From NCBI RefSeq assembly GCF_006345805.1, contig NC_043012.1:24738001-24802000 (forward strand): a stretch of 64,000 nt of DNA. The letters are read 5' to 3'. Positions 13,364 through 27,108 of this stretch are shown in pieces. This DNA is from Octopus sinensis. Lineage: Eukaryota. Position 1 is the stretch's first letter. Every line of letters starts with the position of its first letter. Made by a program: the position numbers and the translations under genes. Below the pieces are notes generated by a model. The model saw nothing but the letters and a program-made list of their open reading frames with translations, was not told the origin of the DNA and made no database searches.

Positions 13364-13659
13364 ATTGCCTTTGCACAGCTTCTAACGCTGGAGATGTACT
13401 ACGGTGTCAGCTGTTCACTACCAGTAAACTAAGGTTACACCTCTTATTTTTCGAGCATCTTCCGGAGTATTCGACCGGTTCTAAGCAGTGCTGTTTTCTG
13501 CAAGTGCTCCACCCTTATTGCAGCCCGTATTTGTTTCACGTACTTCTCGAGATTTTTGCTCACTGTTCCCAGGGCTCCGACAATTATTGGTACTACTGCT
13601 ACCTTTTTCATCGACTACAACTGCTTAACTTCCCAAGCTAACCTGTCATATCTCTCGAC

Positions 13660-13662
<3 letters not shown>
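13364..13662 (-). mobile_element. R4/Dong-like LINE 3' end, family 2
   Basis: Minus strand reads KVERYDRLAWEVKQL*SMKKVAVVPIIVGALGTVSKNLEKY...LQKTALLRTGRILRKMLEK*. Flanked by (AAT)n and (AAC)n/(AAT)n. Confidence 0.8.
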
Positions 13663-13751
<89 letters not shown>

Positions 13752-13770
13752 TTATTTTTATTATTATTAC

Positions 13771-15200
13771 TAGGGTGGCCAAGCTCACCCGGAAATGGAC
13801 AGAAAACAAGGTATCTCTGAAAGGCCGGCCGGAAGTAGCGAATGCATATATCGGTCGGTAGTGCACTTTAGCCTAGCCGTTGTACCTTGTCCTAAGAAAA
13901 CTCTGACCAGATTGGAGTGCTTGCTTTGCCAATTCTTACGGAAGAGTCAAGTTCCACTGGTCAGAAGATCCATCTGTTGTTAACACCCACACCGTGGTGG
14001 TCTTGGAATGAGAACCTTAATGATGCGGCGCCACACTTTGAAGCTGTCGCACCTAGAGAAATATCTAAATCACTGCGATTTAGATATTGAAGCGATTTAG
14101 ATAATGTGAACTACGACGACGACGACGACGACGAAAATAAGGGTGAACTGGTGTGGGCGTCTTTCGTGTGACTCGTCTTTCCGCAGTTCATTTCATTGAC
14201 AGAGCTGCAGTCATGAGTCATACGTAGACCAAGGTTGGGCGTTTGGCATCTAGAATGTTGCCAGGCGCTCACTGCATTGTGCCAGCTGCCGAAAACCATT
14301 AGCGGGAAAACAACCCAATATTTCTGTAGGGGGCTAGTTGAGGGTATGAGTGATGATGGCCAAGCATTGAATCTAGGCATCGACGAGAACAGTTTGAGTA
14401 GTCTCTTCCAGAGGACCTTTGGGTCGAAGAACATGGATAATTTTCAAAAATCTTTGGCTTAGCAGTGCTACAGAGGGGCATTGCCCGTTCGAGACAAGCT
14501 CTTCAGGCATGGAAGCGCCAACAGCCGAACTTGCCCGAGATGCGTGCAGGAGACGAAACCACCCTGCATGTAATAATTCAGTGTCCGTGCATTAGAGAGT
14601 TGTGGGATCGTGTGGAACAGCTGTTGTCGCGAGTAAGAGGAATTCCGCTGTCTGACGAGTGTATAGTAAAAGATCGACATACCATCTTCCCTTAGCAGAG
14701 AAGGTAGGCAGGTCTTGCCCTGCTTGGTGGCTGTGGCAAAAGAAGCTGCGTAGTAGACCCGTCTGAAAGGTTTGAAGACAGGCACATTCCTATCTGGTCA
14801 AGCCTTTCACCTGCCTTTGAAGAGGCAGGTGAAGGTAGAGGGGGAGGTGCTGCCTTCTATCGTGTTTATCAAAAGGTGGTCAACAGTTGCAAGAGTGGTG
14901 AGACTGAATGGATCGGCTCTGAATATGTTTTTCTAAGCAGGAGGAAAGAAACTGTAAGAGGGCACTTTCCCATGCCTTAGAGATGATCCGGGAATTTTGT
15001 GCGGGGTTTACCCCAGATTACCCTAAGTGGACTGCCCCTCTATAGGGGATTTTATTTATTTATTTCTCTACTTTCTATTATATATCCGGTGTTATATCCT
15101 TTAATGTGGTAGTATCTCCCCTTGATTGATATTAACCCCACATGATTTTGTAATATTTTTTTTTTGTGCTGTAACTCGTCCTTCGATATTGCCCTCCCTG
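13771..15200 (+). mobile_element. Decayed L1/Tx1-like LINE ORF2 C-terminus plus 3' UTR
   Basis: Frameshifted reads such as HPHRGGLGM, QCYRGALPVRDKLFRHGS...CPRC...DETTLHVIIQC (zf-RVT-like) and RELWDRVEQLL. Confidence 0.8.
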
Positions 15201-15258
15201 TCTTGGGCCCTTGAGGTCAATAGAAGAAAGCATTATTATTGATATTGTTATTAGTTTA

Positions 15259-15940
15259 AGGCAGCGAGAGCTGGCAGAGTCGTTAGCACGCCGGGCAAAG
15301 TGCATAGCAGCATTTCGTCTGTCTTTACGTTCTGAGATCAAATTCCGCCGAGGTCGATTTTGCCTTTTATCATTACGGGGTCGATGAAATAAGTACCAGT
15401 TGAGTACTGGGGTCGATGTGATTGACCATCCCCCTCCCCTCCACTCAAATTCCAAGCCTTGTGTCTAAAGTAGAAAAGATTATTATTATTATATTATTAT
15501 TATTATTATTATTATTAGTAGTAGTAGTAGTAGTGGTAGTAGTAGTAGTATTTAAGGCAGCGAGCTGGTAGAAACGTTAGCACGCCGGGCGAAATGCTTA
15601 GCCGTATTTCGTCTGCCGCTACGTTCTGAGTTCAAATTCCGCCGAGGTCGACTTTGCTTTTCATCCTTTTGGGGTCGTTTAAATAAGTACCAGTTACGCA
15701 TTGGGGCTCAATATAATCGACTTAATCTGTTTGTCTGTCCTCTCTGTGTTTAACCCCTTGTGGGTAGTAAAGAAATAGGTATTTCGCCCGTCGCTACGTC
15801 CCGAGTTCAAATTCCGCCGAGGCCGACTTGGCCGTTCATCCTTTCAAGATCGATAAAATAAGTACCAGTCGAACACTGGGGTCCATGTAATCGATTAATC
15901 CCCTCCCCCGAAATTGCTTCCATTGTGGCAAAATTTGAAA
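15259..15940 (+). mobile_element. Cluster of SINE family B copies (15259-15475 and 15554-15940)
   Basis: Repeated family B heads and bodies separated by (ATT)n/(AGT)n. Confidence 0.85.
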
Positions 15941-16571
15941 TTATTATTATTAGTAGTAGTAGTTTTATTCTTTTGCTTATTCCTTCCCCGATACGATTAA
16001 TGAGAATTATTTAAATTTTTTTTTACCTTATTACTGTTTTATTTTATACATTTTTATTTCTTTACTCATTCAGTTATTTTGTATCCTTCTTCATTTATTT
16101 ATAATCCAATTCCGAGAACCTCTAAACCAATTTATTGACTTGTTAAAGAGATTATTTAATGATGTAAATATTGTGATTTATACGATTTTAATAAAAGAAC
16201 GGACACACACACACACACACTGATCTCTGTGTCCGTCCTTCTGTTTCTCAGTATGTATGTATGTATGTATGTATGTATGTATGTATGTATGTATGAACGA
16301 ATGAACGAATGATGAATGGATGGATGGATGGATGGATGGATGGATGGATGGGGAGATGCATGGAGTGTGTATATATCTTTATATATAACTATTATCCTAT
16401 TTCTCTGTCTCCTTATACATACATACATGCATACATACATACATACATACATACGTATAATATACATATACATACACGCATTAATAAATACACAGAGACA
16501 TATCATATATGTATATACACACACACACACACATACATTTATATATACCATCTGCGTGTTCATGAATCTGT

Positions 16572-16617
<46 letters not shown>

Positions 16618-16830
16618 AGAAGTAGACGTAATTGAGTCGTTAAGAAGTTTGTTGTGCAAACATTAGGTCCCAGGGTCGAGCCTGCAAGATGAAATTATCA
16701 ACAGGTGTCTTTGCACCATCGGTTTCATCCAAACTTTGTCGGTGTAATTGGGCGGACGGAAACCGTTGTCAACATACAGCAACGTCAACAAATACATACA
16801 CACACATACATGATGGTACATCTATCTCTA

Positions 16831-16861
<31 letters not shown>

Positions 16862-17110
16862 GTATATATATATATATATATATATATAATAGTGTACGTA
16901 TTTATACACAAAATAGTGATCTTTAACAGGATACCTCATATATATGTCAATATGTCTATATGCGCGCGCGCGCGTGTGTGTCTGTGTGTGTGTGAGTGTG
17001 TGTGTGTGTGTGTGTGTATGTGTGTCTGTGTGTGTGTCAGTGAGTGAGTGTGTGTGTGTGTGTGTGCGTGTATGTGCGTAGATTGTTTGAAGTGCTGTAC
17101 AAGTTTTATA

Positions 17111-17583
17111 CAGTAATCCTTTGATTACCGCGATCGTTACGTTCTAACACGCATCGCGGTAGGTGAAAATCCGTGAAGTAAGAAACAGTACTGTATATAT
17201 TTTCCCATTATTTTTATAATTTATATATATTTATTTTATTGTGAATGCAAAGCAACACCACACACTCGCCTCCTGAAATTCGTTTTCCATAATGTGCGAT
17301 TCTCTGTTTACTCATCTGCAGTCACTACGTATTTTCTTTCAATTTATTTTAATTGATGTGTTGTACAGTGCAGTATTGTATTTTTATTTATTAATTTATT
17401 AATTTCTAGTCATTAAAATGCTTATTTTACCACATAAATTATTAAAATCTAAAAAATAAATAAATATCTATCGGCCGCAGAAACCCGTGTTATACTGAGG
17501 AGGCCGCGATATAAATTTACATATGTTAGCCAGAAAAATCTGAGGGCGCGATAGGTGAACCGCGATATGGCATGTGATTATTG
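17111..17583. mobile_element. Tigger/pogo-like MITE
   Basis: ta|CAGTAATCC... and ...GATTATTG|ta imperfect TIRs with TA target duplication; subterminal ATCGCGGTTCACCTATCGCG-type motif. Confidence 0.65.
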
Positions 17584-18605
17584 TATATGAAGGAAAAGGA
17601 GATAGTCAGGATCGTGAATATTCATTTAGCGCATTCATCTCTTTTGAGAGATTCATCAGGAATGATTTATTTACAGAAATTTTTTCCGCCATACCTCCGA
17701 GTTGACCAAAGACTTGCGAGTGAAATTTAGTAAACGGAACCGGTGTCGAAACCTGTCGAAGACCTGTTCCTGTTCTTGAGAGATATAACACCTAATCCGA
17801 GGCTCTCTTTAACGCTACTACCTGCTACTTTTGTCCAAAGTGGAGACCTCCATATTACAAGCCTTCAGGTTAGATTTCCAGCCTTGGAATAAAATCCTTC
17901 TTTCCTCTCCAGGTCTCAATCCATGGAAAAGGGTCGTGAATTCATCATTTAAATAAAAAGATAGATGGACATAAAAAACATGAACTAATTATTTCACAAG
18001 AAATAAATTTTTTTCTTTCTACTATTGGCACAAAGCCTGAAATTTTGGGAAACGCGACGAGTCGATCACATTGGCACCAATGCTCAACTGATATTCATTT
18101 TATCGACTCTGGGAAAAGGAAAGGAAATGTCGGCTTCGGTATAATTTGAACTCGAAACGTAAAGCCGAAGAAGTGCTGTCAACGTATTTTGTCATACGGA
18201 CGAACGATTCTCCCAGCTCAACGGCTTTCCGTGAGAAAAAATTCAATAACAACAAAGAAATGTTTAGAATCACAGCTGGTCAAGGCGTTAAATTGCAGGA
18301 TTACTTTGTCAATAGTATTTGTCAATTGTATGCTTTGTCAATTGTATGCTTGGCAACAAAACTTGATACTCAATTATAGGCCATTTCATATAACTGTCAA
18401 TAGATATCGTATAACTTTGTAAGTGTTAAGAATTTGAGTTTAAGTGATGTTTTTTCAGTCTATAATAGCATAGAAGACAAATACTCTGACGAGCACCAAA
18501 TAAAATAAAGAGTCGCATTCAGCGAAAGAGATTTTTCTCAGCTGATTGATGCAACCATCTTTATAGCATATCGCAGTGGACATGTAAGATTTATCTCATA
18601 CTTAC

Positions 18606-18695
18606 GGTTAACAAAGTTTGCCGTGTTATGACTATTATATCACATGCAGACAAACCAATATCAGGACCGGACAACTGGTTCACAAACATCAGTAA
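18606..18695 (-). CDS. GRL-A exon 3 (90 nt, LLMFVNQLSGPDIGLSACDIIVITRQTLLT)
   Basis: Acceptor attttctttctag| and donor ACC|gtaagt, phase 0/0. The sequence fits the Gr-family F..QL.....G.+A.....I....L motif before TM7 and has the same length as GRL-B exon 3. Confidence 0.92.
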
Positions 18696-19148
18696 CTAGA
18701 AAGAAAATTATGAAAAAAAAAAATGCTCAATAAAGGTTTAGTAATAATAATAAAGTATGTGTTAATTTAAGCGATATCAATAAAGAAAGTCGGTAGGTTC
18801 AATACTAACATACAGCAGCATAATTACTAACGAACGAGAGGTGTGTTTCCTTAAGATGGTGGCCCTTTAGAATTCCTTTCTTGCCCTTGTTTTTTCTTTT
18901 TCCTTTTTCCCCAACAGACTAACGGCTGTTAGTGAAATGTTAACTGTGTAGATCTCTCTGCTTTCATCGGTCCCGCAAGGGCGATGGACTCTCAGTCCCT
19001 TTCTTCAGACCAAACCAATACAATTTTTCTGGGGGGAAAAATGTTGAAAGAATCCATCTAGAAGGAATTTTCTTTCTTTCTTTCTCATCATGTCTATAGT
19101 AATGATTGGTGGGTTTGCGATATGAATAACCCTTTGTCGATCTCTTTA

Positions 19149-19400
19149 CATCCAGTTAACATCATGGTGTTTCGAGTGATCACTAGTGATGGCAACGTTA
19201 TACCTCCATTCAGCTTCCCACACGTTCTCTGACTCAATACGTAGGCCTACAGCAAGTGCCTGGAGGAGGCAGTGCTGCTCTGGGTTAAGAGGGTGGCTGC
19301 TGGAAGACCCTATGTCTGGCAACAGGACTCTACACCATGCCACACAAGCAGGAAAACCCAGTCATGGCTGTCAGACAATTTCTGCGACCACATCACCCCT
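19149..19400 (+). mobile_element. Tc1/mariner (maT/DD37D-like) transposase fragment with 2 in-frame stops
   Basis: HPVNIMVFRVITSDGNVIPPFSFPHVL*LNT*AYSKCLEEAVLLWVKRVAAGRPYVWQQDSTPCHTSRKTQSWLSDNFCDHITP (WQQD.APCH catalytic-Asp motif). Confidence 0.85.
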
Positions 19401-19663
19401 AGCACCTTTGTTATTGTTGCCGTTAGTACTTGGATGGGAGTTATGGCATCTGAAAATATAATAAGTAAATCTCTCCCCACCAGGCTTTGAACTCACACCG
19501 CAGAGGAGTGGAATAAATACAACAAGGCATTCTTTCCAACGCTGTATAATCCCGCCAATTCCCCACCTGCTAGAATTTAACGAAGCAACAGAAACAGTTT
19601 CCGCACCAGGCTAGATGCTTTACAGGTATTTTGTTTCATTTTCTCACGAAGTCAAATTCTCTC

Positions 19664-19769
19664 ATCGCGGTTCACCTATCTCGCCCTCAGATTTTTCTGG
19701 CTAACACATGTAAATTTATATCGCGGCCTCCTCATTATAACACGGGTTTCTGCGGCCGATAGGTATTTA
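19664..19769. mobile_element. 106-bp fragment of the same MITE, inverted relative to 17461-17566
   Basis: Reverse complement matches 17461-17566 with 4 mismatches. Confidence 0.85.
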
Positions 19770-20189
19770 TATGAATTCCGATGCCAATCCCCAGCAGAAC
19801 TAACTTTGCCTTTCATTCCTCCCAGTTAATAGCATGTGTGACAATAAGTAATTTAGTAAAGACTATTTGCAAGAACGTACTTCTTTCGCTCATTAATTAC
19901 CCTGCTACTGAGAAGTAAGGAATCACTGTAATGAAAAAAAAATACTTTGCATTTGGGACTACATTTTGTTCAGTACAATTAGTTGTTTAGTCTGTCCTGA
20001 TTAATTTTTTCTATAATCAAAAGGCGTTCCAGATGTAACCATCCCGTTTTTGTTTTTTTTTCGTATATCAGGGACTATATTGATCGTTATATCCGAACTT
20101 TTCGAAGACAATATCTTATAATTAAGGCCAAAAAAAAAAAATAGTTATAAGAACGAAAAAGATCTTCCTCTCAAAAGGCATAAGACTTC

Positions 20190-20620
20190 ACCAAAAACAG
20201 AAGCGAGTAAACTGACATCTAATGCCAATTTTCCTCTACGGGACAGAAGCTTGGACAATGTACACAGTTATAGAGGAAAAGATAGAAGCCAATTTGCAGA
20301 TCGGGCAAAATAAATTAGAAGAAAGACAGGATAACAAATATGGCTGCGGTAGAAAATCTGAAAGTCCAAGATTCAAGTCCACAAAGCTAGCAGAATTTGT
20401 ACATACAATGCACCACAACTCGCTGCCCAGGACCATCCTGACTGAAAGTGTAGGGGAGAAGAGAGCAAGAGGCTGCCAAAGACGTTTGTGGTCGGACGAC
20501 ATAAAAAGAAAATAGATTGTTAACAAGAGTATGGTTGATTATTTGCATATAGCAGAACATAGAGCGAACTGGAAAGTCTTGGCAAGCCGACGCCTGGACA
20601 CAGGCAGGGCGCTTGTTTGA
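20190..20620 (+). mobile_element. Decayed RTE-like LINE 3' end
   Basis: MPIFLYGTEAWT...IEA and ...TIL..SV.EKRARG.QRRLWSDDIK...A.HRANWK, typical of RTE-clade C-termini. Confidence 0.6.
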
Positions 20621-20877
20621 TGAATATATTTCAAGGGATTTGGTTGCTATTTTTAGCAGGGCAAGAGAACGCACAGAGGCTCCCTCATTGACCCTCTAAG
20701 TATATAATCATATTTAATAAAAATATATTTCTCTACTGAAATTAAATTTTAACAGAAATCTTTGCGTCTTTCATGGTCTTGGAACATCTTTCAGTGAAAT
20801 ATTTAAAGGTTTATAATTTCTGTCGTCAAAAAGCAAAGACGTTTCCTGAGAATTAATCGAAGTTATCAGTTTAATTT

Positions 20878-21278
20878 GCAGGCATGGATGTGTGGTTAAG
20901 AAGTTCGCTTTGCAACCACATGGTTTCTAGTTCAAACCCACGGTATGGCACCTTGGATTAGAGTATTCTAGTATAACCCCGGGCTGGCCAATGCCTTGTG
21001 ATAAATTTGGTAAACGGAAACTATGTAGAAACCTATCGTATGTATGTGCGTGTGCGTGTACGCGCGCATGCGTACGTGTGTGTTTGTGTTTGTCCTCCAC
21101 CGCCATTGACACCCGGTATTGGTTTGTTTATATCCCTATAACTTAGCATTTCGGCAAAATAAAGCAATAGAATAAGTACCAGACTTTAAGGTAAGTACTT
21201 GGGTCGGTTTGTTCCACTAAAAACTCAAGGCGGTGCCCCAGCGTGGCCGCAGTCTAACGACTGAAACAGAGTGTAAAG
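20878..21278 (+). mobile_element. SINE family A (diverged)
   Basis: Head ggatgtgtggttaagaag...ttcaaacccac; tail gactgaaac. Confidence 0.75.
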
Positions 21279-21444
21279 AAAAGGGTCAAATATATTTGTT
21301 CGATGGAAACAAAGTGTGTGGATCAGTTGGTCATCCCCGAGACATGGGTACATTCGATCAGGGCCGACCTGAGACTACACAACAATATCTATAGACATTA
21401 ACAACAACAATAACAAAAGCTTAGTAAACTTGTATTAATCTCAC

Positions 21445-21513
21445 CTCAAGTTCTTGCTCTTTCATATTATCGTCCAAACGTAATCTGTGAAGAACTGGTA
21501 GCAAATCACGTGT
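21445..21513 (-). CDS. GRL-A exon 2 (69 nt, TRDLLPVLHRLRLDDNMKEQELE)
   Basis: Minus-strand acceptor atttttcccctttcag| and donor GAG|gtgaga, phase 0/0. Same length as GRL-B exon 2 and similar to it (LLP.L..+R....E). Confidence 0.88.
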
Positions 21514-21719
21514 CTGAAAGGGGAAAAAATACGTAGGGAAAATTTAACAAATTATTTGTGCGATTGTTTTATTTATTTGAATAATGTCTAATTTGTTTGG
21601 ATAGTTGATATTTTGTAAGAAGCTTTGTAAATCAAAAAAGTAGGCGCTAACGTGGACGACATACACTTTGGCATATCACCGCAGATTATTAAAACACTAA
21701 AGTGTTTGTCGGCTGGTAG

Positions 21720-22622
21720 ATAACATAAACAGCGATATATCTCGTTAATTTATATTATTCAACGCCTCTCTGACGGATGTAAATCGTCAAAGAGATGAGT
21801 TATAGATAGACATTCCTGACAAACAGCAGCCATGTATGGTCATCGTTCAAGAATCTTTGTAGATGCAGCAGATACTCAAACTCCGGCCTGCGCGTAATCA
21901 GCCACGACACACCGAGCTATCCGCATAGAAAGGGCTGCAAGTGGACTGACTTTCAGATCGGTGGAATGCGTCCTTTCCACAAGAAAATAGCAGATTCTCC
22001 AATATAGGTAAAAGAAATCTAGAATAAATTACAGAGATTATGTAAGCGTTCGCCATTTCAGACTGCTCTTTCAGAGATAGCTTCCAATAAGCTAATTTCT
22101 ACGTGGGATTAGCCACCCACCTCCTAGCCTTGCTTCAGTGTCTATACATCTGACCGACATCAGATCCCAAACATCTTATCAGGTCCTTCGGATCAACGAC
22201 TAATGACACCTGTCCAGGGGCAGACTTGCAAGACCACAGACTCCTCCAAATGTATGCCCCCGTTATTAAATCGTATTTCTCCAACTTGATGCCGACTGGC
22301 TTGATGTTGGTATCATAACAGTGACACCCTCTACGTCTGCCAACACGGCACTGCCACACTCCAGTTAGAAAGCATAAATCTTTAGTAAGTCTAACTTCCG
22401 CATCAATGATTTAGTGACAGAACAGGTGAAAGAACATACCACACTTGACAGACTGTGATCGAGATTTGCCATCCGACCATCGAGCAGACTACACTGTGTA
22501 CTGAAGCAATCTAGACTCTGAAAAGGAGACTGAGGCCAATTACACGTCGAACAGCCGCAAAGCACCGATGGTCGATTCTGGAGGGAGTTCTGGAGTGATC
22601 ACTAAAACCAGTCTAATCCACT

Positions 22623-22689
<67 letters not shown>

Positions 22690-23400
22690 GTTTTACTGCA
22701 TGACCTGAAGATGATTGGGAATTGATCTGATGGAAATCGCGTTGGTCTGCACAATTTCAGGCAATCGACCCACAGCAAGAACCAACTTCTTAGCGAGCAC
22801 TTTGGCCAAAATATTAAATTCTGGGTTCCGCAGAGTTATAGACCAAAATTTATCGATGATGTATCGTTCTGATCGCATTCTTCATCTACTAAAACAGCTG
22901 GCCATGTTCTCAAACTGTTGCCAGTTGCTATAGATGCCTGCCAAGAGAGGGATGAACAAATATATCATATATCCATAAAGTTTGTAGGGAAGATCATCCA
23001 AACCGGGTGAATGGCCACTTACCTGCCATTCTTCACAACATTCCTCCTTTGTTGCCAAAAGCTGCGATAAGTCGACAAGATAAAAGTACTAAGGACCGTT
23101 ATTTGGTCCACCTCAATCCCCACACAGTCGGGAAAGTGCATCTAGAAGACTATACATCTGTCTGGAAACGAATAGCATGCACATATAGAGGTTTATCAAT
23201 GATCTAATTGGGGCTTTGTTTCTACATAGCATACCGCTTTTACATGGTTTATCAAATGGCCTTCGCTCACTGTGTATTAGAACACACACCTTAACTTATC
23301 GTTTCGAGTCATTTCTTTCAGTGTGCTGACTAGCGCTTATTAATCTGTTGTTTTCTATCTCAAATTGCTCTCTTCAGAGGGATTTGCCGTCGGCAACGGT
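21720..23400 (-). mobile_element. Decayed L1/Tx1-like LINE reverse-transcriptase region, interrupted by (CT)n at ~22621-22687
   Basis: Minus-strand remnants HSPGLDDLPYKLY, NPEFNILAKVLAKKL...QTNAI..RSI..HL, a degenerate YADD region (ADVEGVTV), FLWKGRIP and LQRFLNDDHTW. Confidence 0.75.
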
Positions 23401-23429
23401 ACGTTTATCGTCTAGTAGCTGGGCACTTG

Positions 23430-24240
23430 CCATATAATTTTTTCTACTCTTGGCACAAGGCCCGAAACTTTTGGAGAAGGGGCCAGTCGATTAGATCGAC
23501 CCAGTACGAAACTGGTACTTAATTTATCGATCTCCGAAAGAATGAAAGACAAAGTCGACCTCGGCGGAATTTGAACTCAGAACGTAACGGCAGACGAAAT
23601 ACCTATTTCTTTACTACTCACAAGGGGCTAAACACAGAGAGGACAAAAACAAGGACAGACAAACGGATTAAGTCGATTATATCAAACCCAGTGCGTAACT
23701 GGTACTTATTTAATCGACCCCGAAAGGATGAAAGGCAAAGTCGACCTCGGTGGAATTTGAACTCAGAAGGTAGCGGCAGACGAAATACCTATTTCTTTAC
23801 TACCCACAAGGGGCTAAACACAGAGAGGACAAAAACAAGGACAGACAAACGGATTAAGTCGATTATATCAAACCCAGTGCGTAACTGGTACTTATTTAAT
23901 CGACCCCGAAAGGATGAAAGGCAAAGTCGACCTCGGTGGAATTTGAACTCAGAAGGTAGCGGCAGACGAAATACCACTAAGCATTTCACCCGGCGTGCTA
24001 AAGTTTCTGCCAGCTCGCCGCCTCAGACAATATTCTTTTCAACTCTTGGCACAAGGCTCGAAATTTTTGGGGAGGGGGCCAGTCGATTAGATCGACCCCA
24101 GTACGCAACTAGTACTTAATTTATCGACCCCGAAATGATGAAATACAAAATCGACTCGGCGGAATTTGAACTCAGACCGTAAAGACAGACGAAATACCAC
24201 TAAGCATTTTGCCTGGTGTGCTAACGATTCTGCCTTACTT
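23430..24240 (-). mobile_element. SINE family B multimer with a 183-bp internal tandem duplication
   Basis: Units at ~23571-23753 and ~23754-23936 share private variants; this explains the repeated 182-aa ORF. Confidence 0.85.
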
Positions 24241-25053
24241 GCCATATATTCTGTCTAGATTAATCGAGCAAAGCACAAGCCTCTGATCTATGTAACCAAC
24301 CAACCGAAATTGTGGATACTTTATGCTATTTTTGTCCCTGAGATAAGAAATATTATTCTACCTAAATAATCTCTTGAAGTTGTCTAAATTGACATTGATG
24401 TATTCAGAAAATCCACTCGATGCTTACTCTATAGTAGGAAATGCCTGAACAAGTTACCGCGGCTTTAAATGTCCCGCTCATGCCGATTTCCCAGATACAA
24501 CCGAAGGGGTGTCTGAGCAACTTCAGGGCACCCAAAGAAGATTAGGTGCCCCGCCCCACTCGTAGTACAAGTCAAAGGCTTATGCTGCCGATCATATCTA
24601 GATGACATCTAAAAGCCATTCTGGACCTTTCGGAAAATACACCGAGTTTCCTCAATCCAAGTCGACCAAAAGATTCGTACATTTATAGTCTTACAGAAAA
24701 TATTGCTTTCACATCAGAATTTCGTGGTCTGATGTCGTTGAGCAAGTGATATCGCACCCAAGCCAAACTCAAGCTACAACCATTATGCGAAAACTTCTTA
24801 GTAAAGACACATTAAACAGAAAATAAATGGAATAATTCACTTTCTGAACACTTGGGGGTCAATCGGACAAATTGTTTTAAAATTTCCGCTGAAGTCCACA
24901 ATGTCATTGCGTTCACTGTTTCCGCTTTGAAATACCAGACTTAATGAGGGAAGTGCTTAACAAGTATTTGTAGACTTCTGATATGGTCCTCTCCAGAAGT
25001 CTAATGACTGCTGTCTTAGAGAGGGTGGATCGATACTCTCCACATCCCTTATC

Positions 25054-25121
<68 letters not shown>

Positions 25122-25291
25122 TATATGCGTGTGTGTGCCTGTGTGTTTGTTTGTGTGTATCTGTCTATCTGTCAGTACGTATACATATACTCACATGTAA
25201 GTGCATTTGTACATATACATGCATACATACATACATACATACATACATACACACACACATATATACATATATATATGAGAAAATATTTTTG

Positions 25292-25344
<53 letters not shown>

Positions 25345-25362
25345 ATGTATATGTATGTATGT

Positions 25363-25470
<108 letters not shown>

Positions 25471-26039
25471 TTTTGACGCCCCCCGCGCAATACAAATAAA
25501 TGTTTATTTACAAATTACAAGTAAATAATTTCATCAAAGACGTTTCCATTTATTTTCAATTATTAATAATTATTCTCATTGATTTTTAATATCTTTCACC
25601 ACGATGACGGCAACGACTTTCATATTTATTATTAAGTCGCTGCGGCGAATTCGAACACGAACAAGCTAATCGGTGTCGTGCTTATCACAGGAGAACAGTT
25701 TCTCCTTTTAGACGAATGCATGTTCATAACGCACTTGATTCATTTGCTGAAACGAGTGTGGGGCATCCGGTGTTTCACCATCGTTGTGTCTTCTTGTCCC
25801 AAATCATCCCAGATCAAGGAAGCTAACAAGATTCTTTCATGCCGATTAGGCGTAAGCATGGTTCTGTGGTTAAGAAGTATGCTTCGTAACAACGTTGTTT
25901 TGGGCTCAGTTCTACGGTGCGGCACTTCAATGAATTTTGAATGAATTTGGTCGATGGAAACTGTGTAAGCCCATCGTGTGTGAGTGAATGTGTGTGTGTA
26001 TGTGTGTGTGTATGTGTGTATGTGTGCGTGCGTGCGTGC

Positions 26040-26070
<31 letters not shown>

Positions 26071-26591
26071 AGAGAGAGAGTACATGTCATTGTGTTTGTC
26101 CCCAAACCGGTCAGTATGTTTACATCCCAATGAATTAGTAGCGAGGAACATTTTTCGAACAGCTAAACTTTGAAATATGAAAAACAAAAGAAAAAATTCG
26201 CGGGCGGCCTGGAGCTATAGTGTAAGACACTTGGCCCTGGTGCCAAGCAGTTGGACTGAACCCAGAAACATGTGGTTGGGCACACAACCATATATACCTA
26301 CTTATATGGAGTTATATATGTATATATGTGTGGATATATATTTTTGTGTATATATATATATATATATCTATATACATACATATCACACGAACACACACGT
26401 GACCGACCAGACCATCAGATGTTGCTACACATCGCTGGTCACAATGCGCTTCGCAATGTTTTAGCCTTCAATGACGCCACTCCGCTGGCTAAGCGAGCAG
26501 GTCAACAGAAGAAAGAGTGAGAGAAAGATGCAGTGAAAGAGTATAGCAGGGATCACCACCATATATATATATATATATAATATAACACACC

Positions 26592-26622
<31 letters not shown>

Positions 26623-26676
26623 CGTAGTGATATATATATATACATATACGTATATATATATATATATATATATATA

Positions 26677-26719
<43 letters not shown>

Positions 26720-26746
26720 TATATAGATATATATATATAATAAATA

Positions 26747-26802
<56 letters not shown>

Positions 26803-27108
26803 AGTAGTTGAATGAATTATCTTAGTGTGGATAATTCGTTTAACCGATACCTGGGTAGCAAATTCACGTCAGAAAAACGGTTGAAGCTACATGCCAAGGG
26901 CAGAGATCACGTGCTTTCGTGTGGAAATTTGTGTGTTTTGTTAACATATGTTTTTTTAACATATGTTTCGAGGCTGCATATTCCTAATAGGAATATGCAG
27001 CTTCGAAACATATGTCGAGAATAAAGGATTTGTTAAATCGTCGTTCAACTCCATTCTTTCATTTATTTGTATATATATATATACATACTTACATATACAT
27101 ATATATAT

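Noticed and set aside
24430-25030. Possible LINE ORF1/zinc-knuckle remnant
   Set aside because: Too many stops and no clear motif to support a call.
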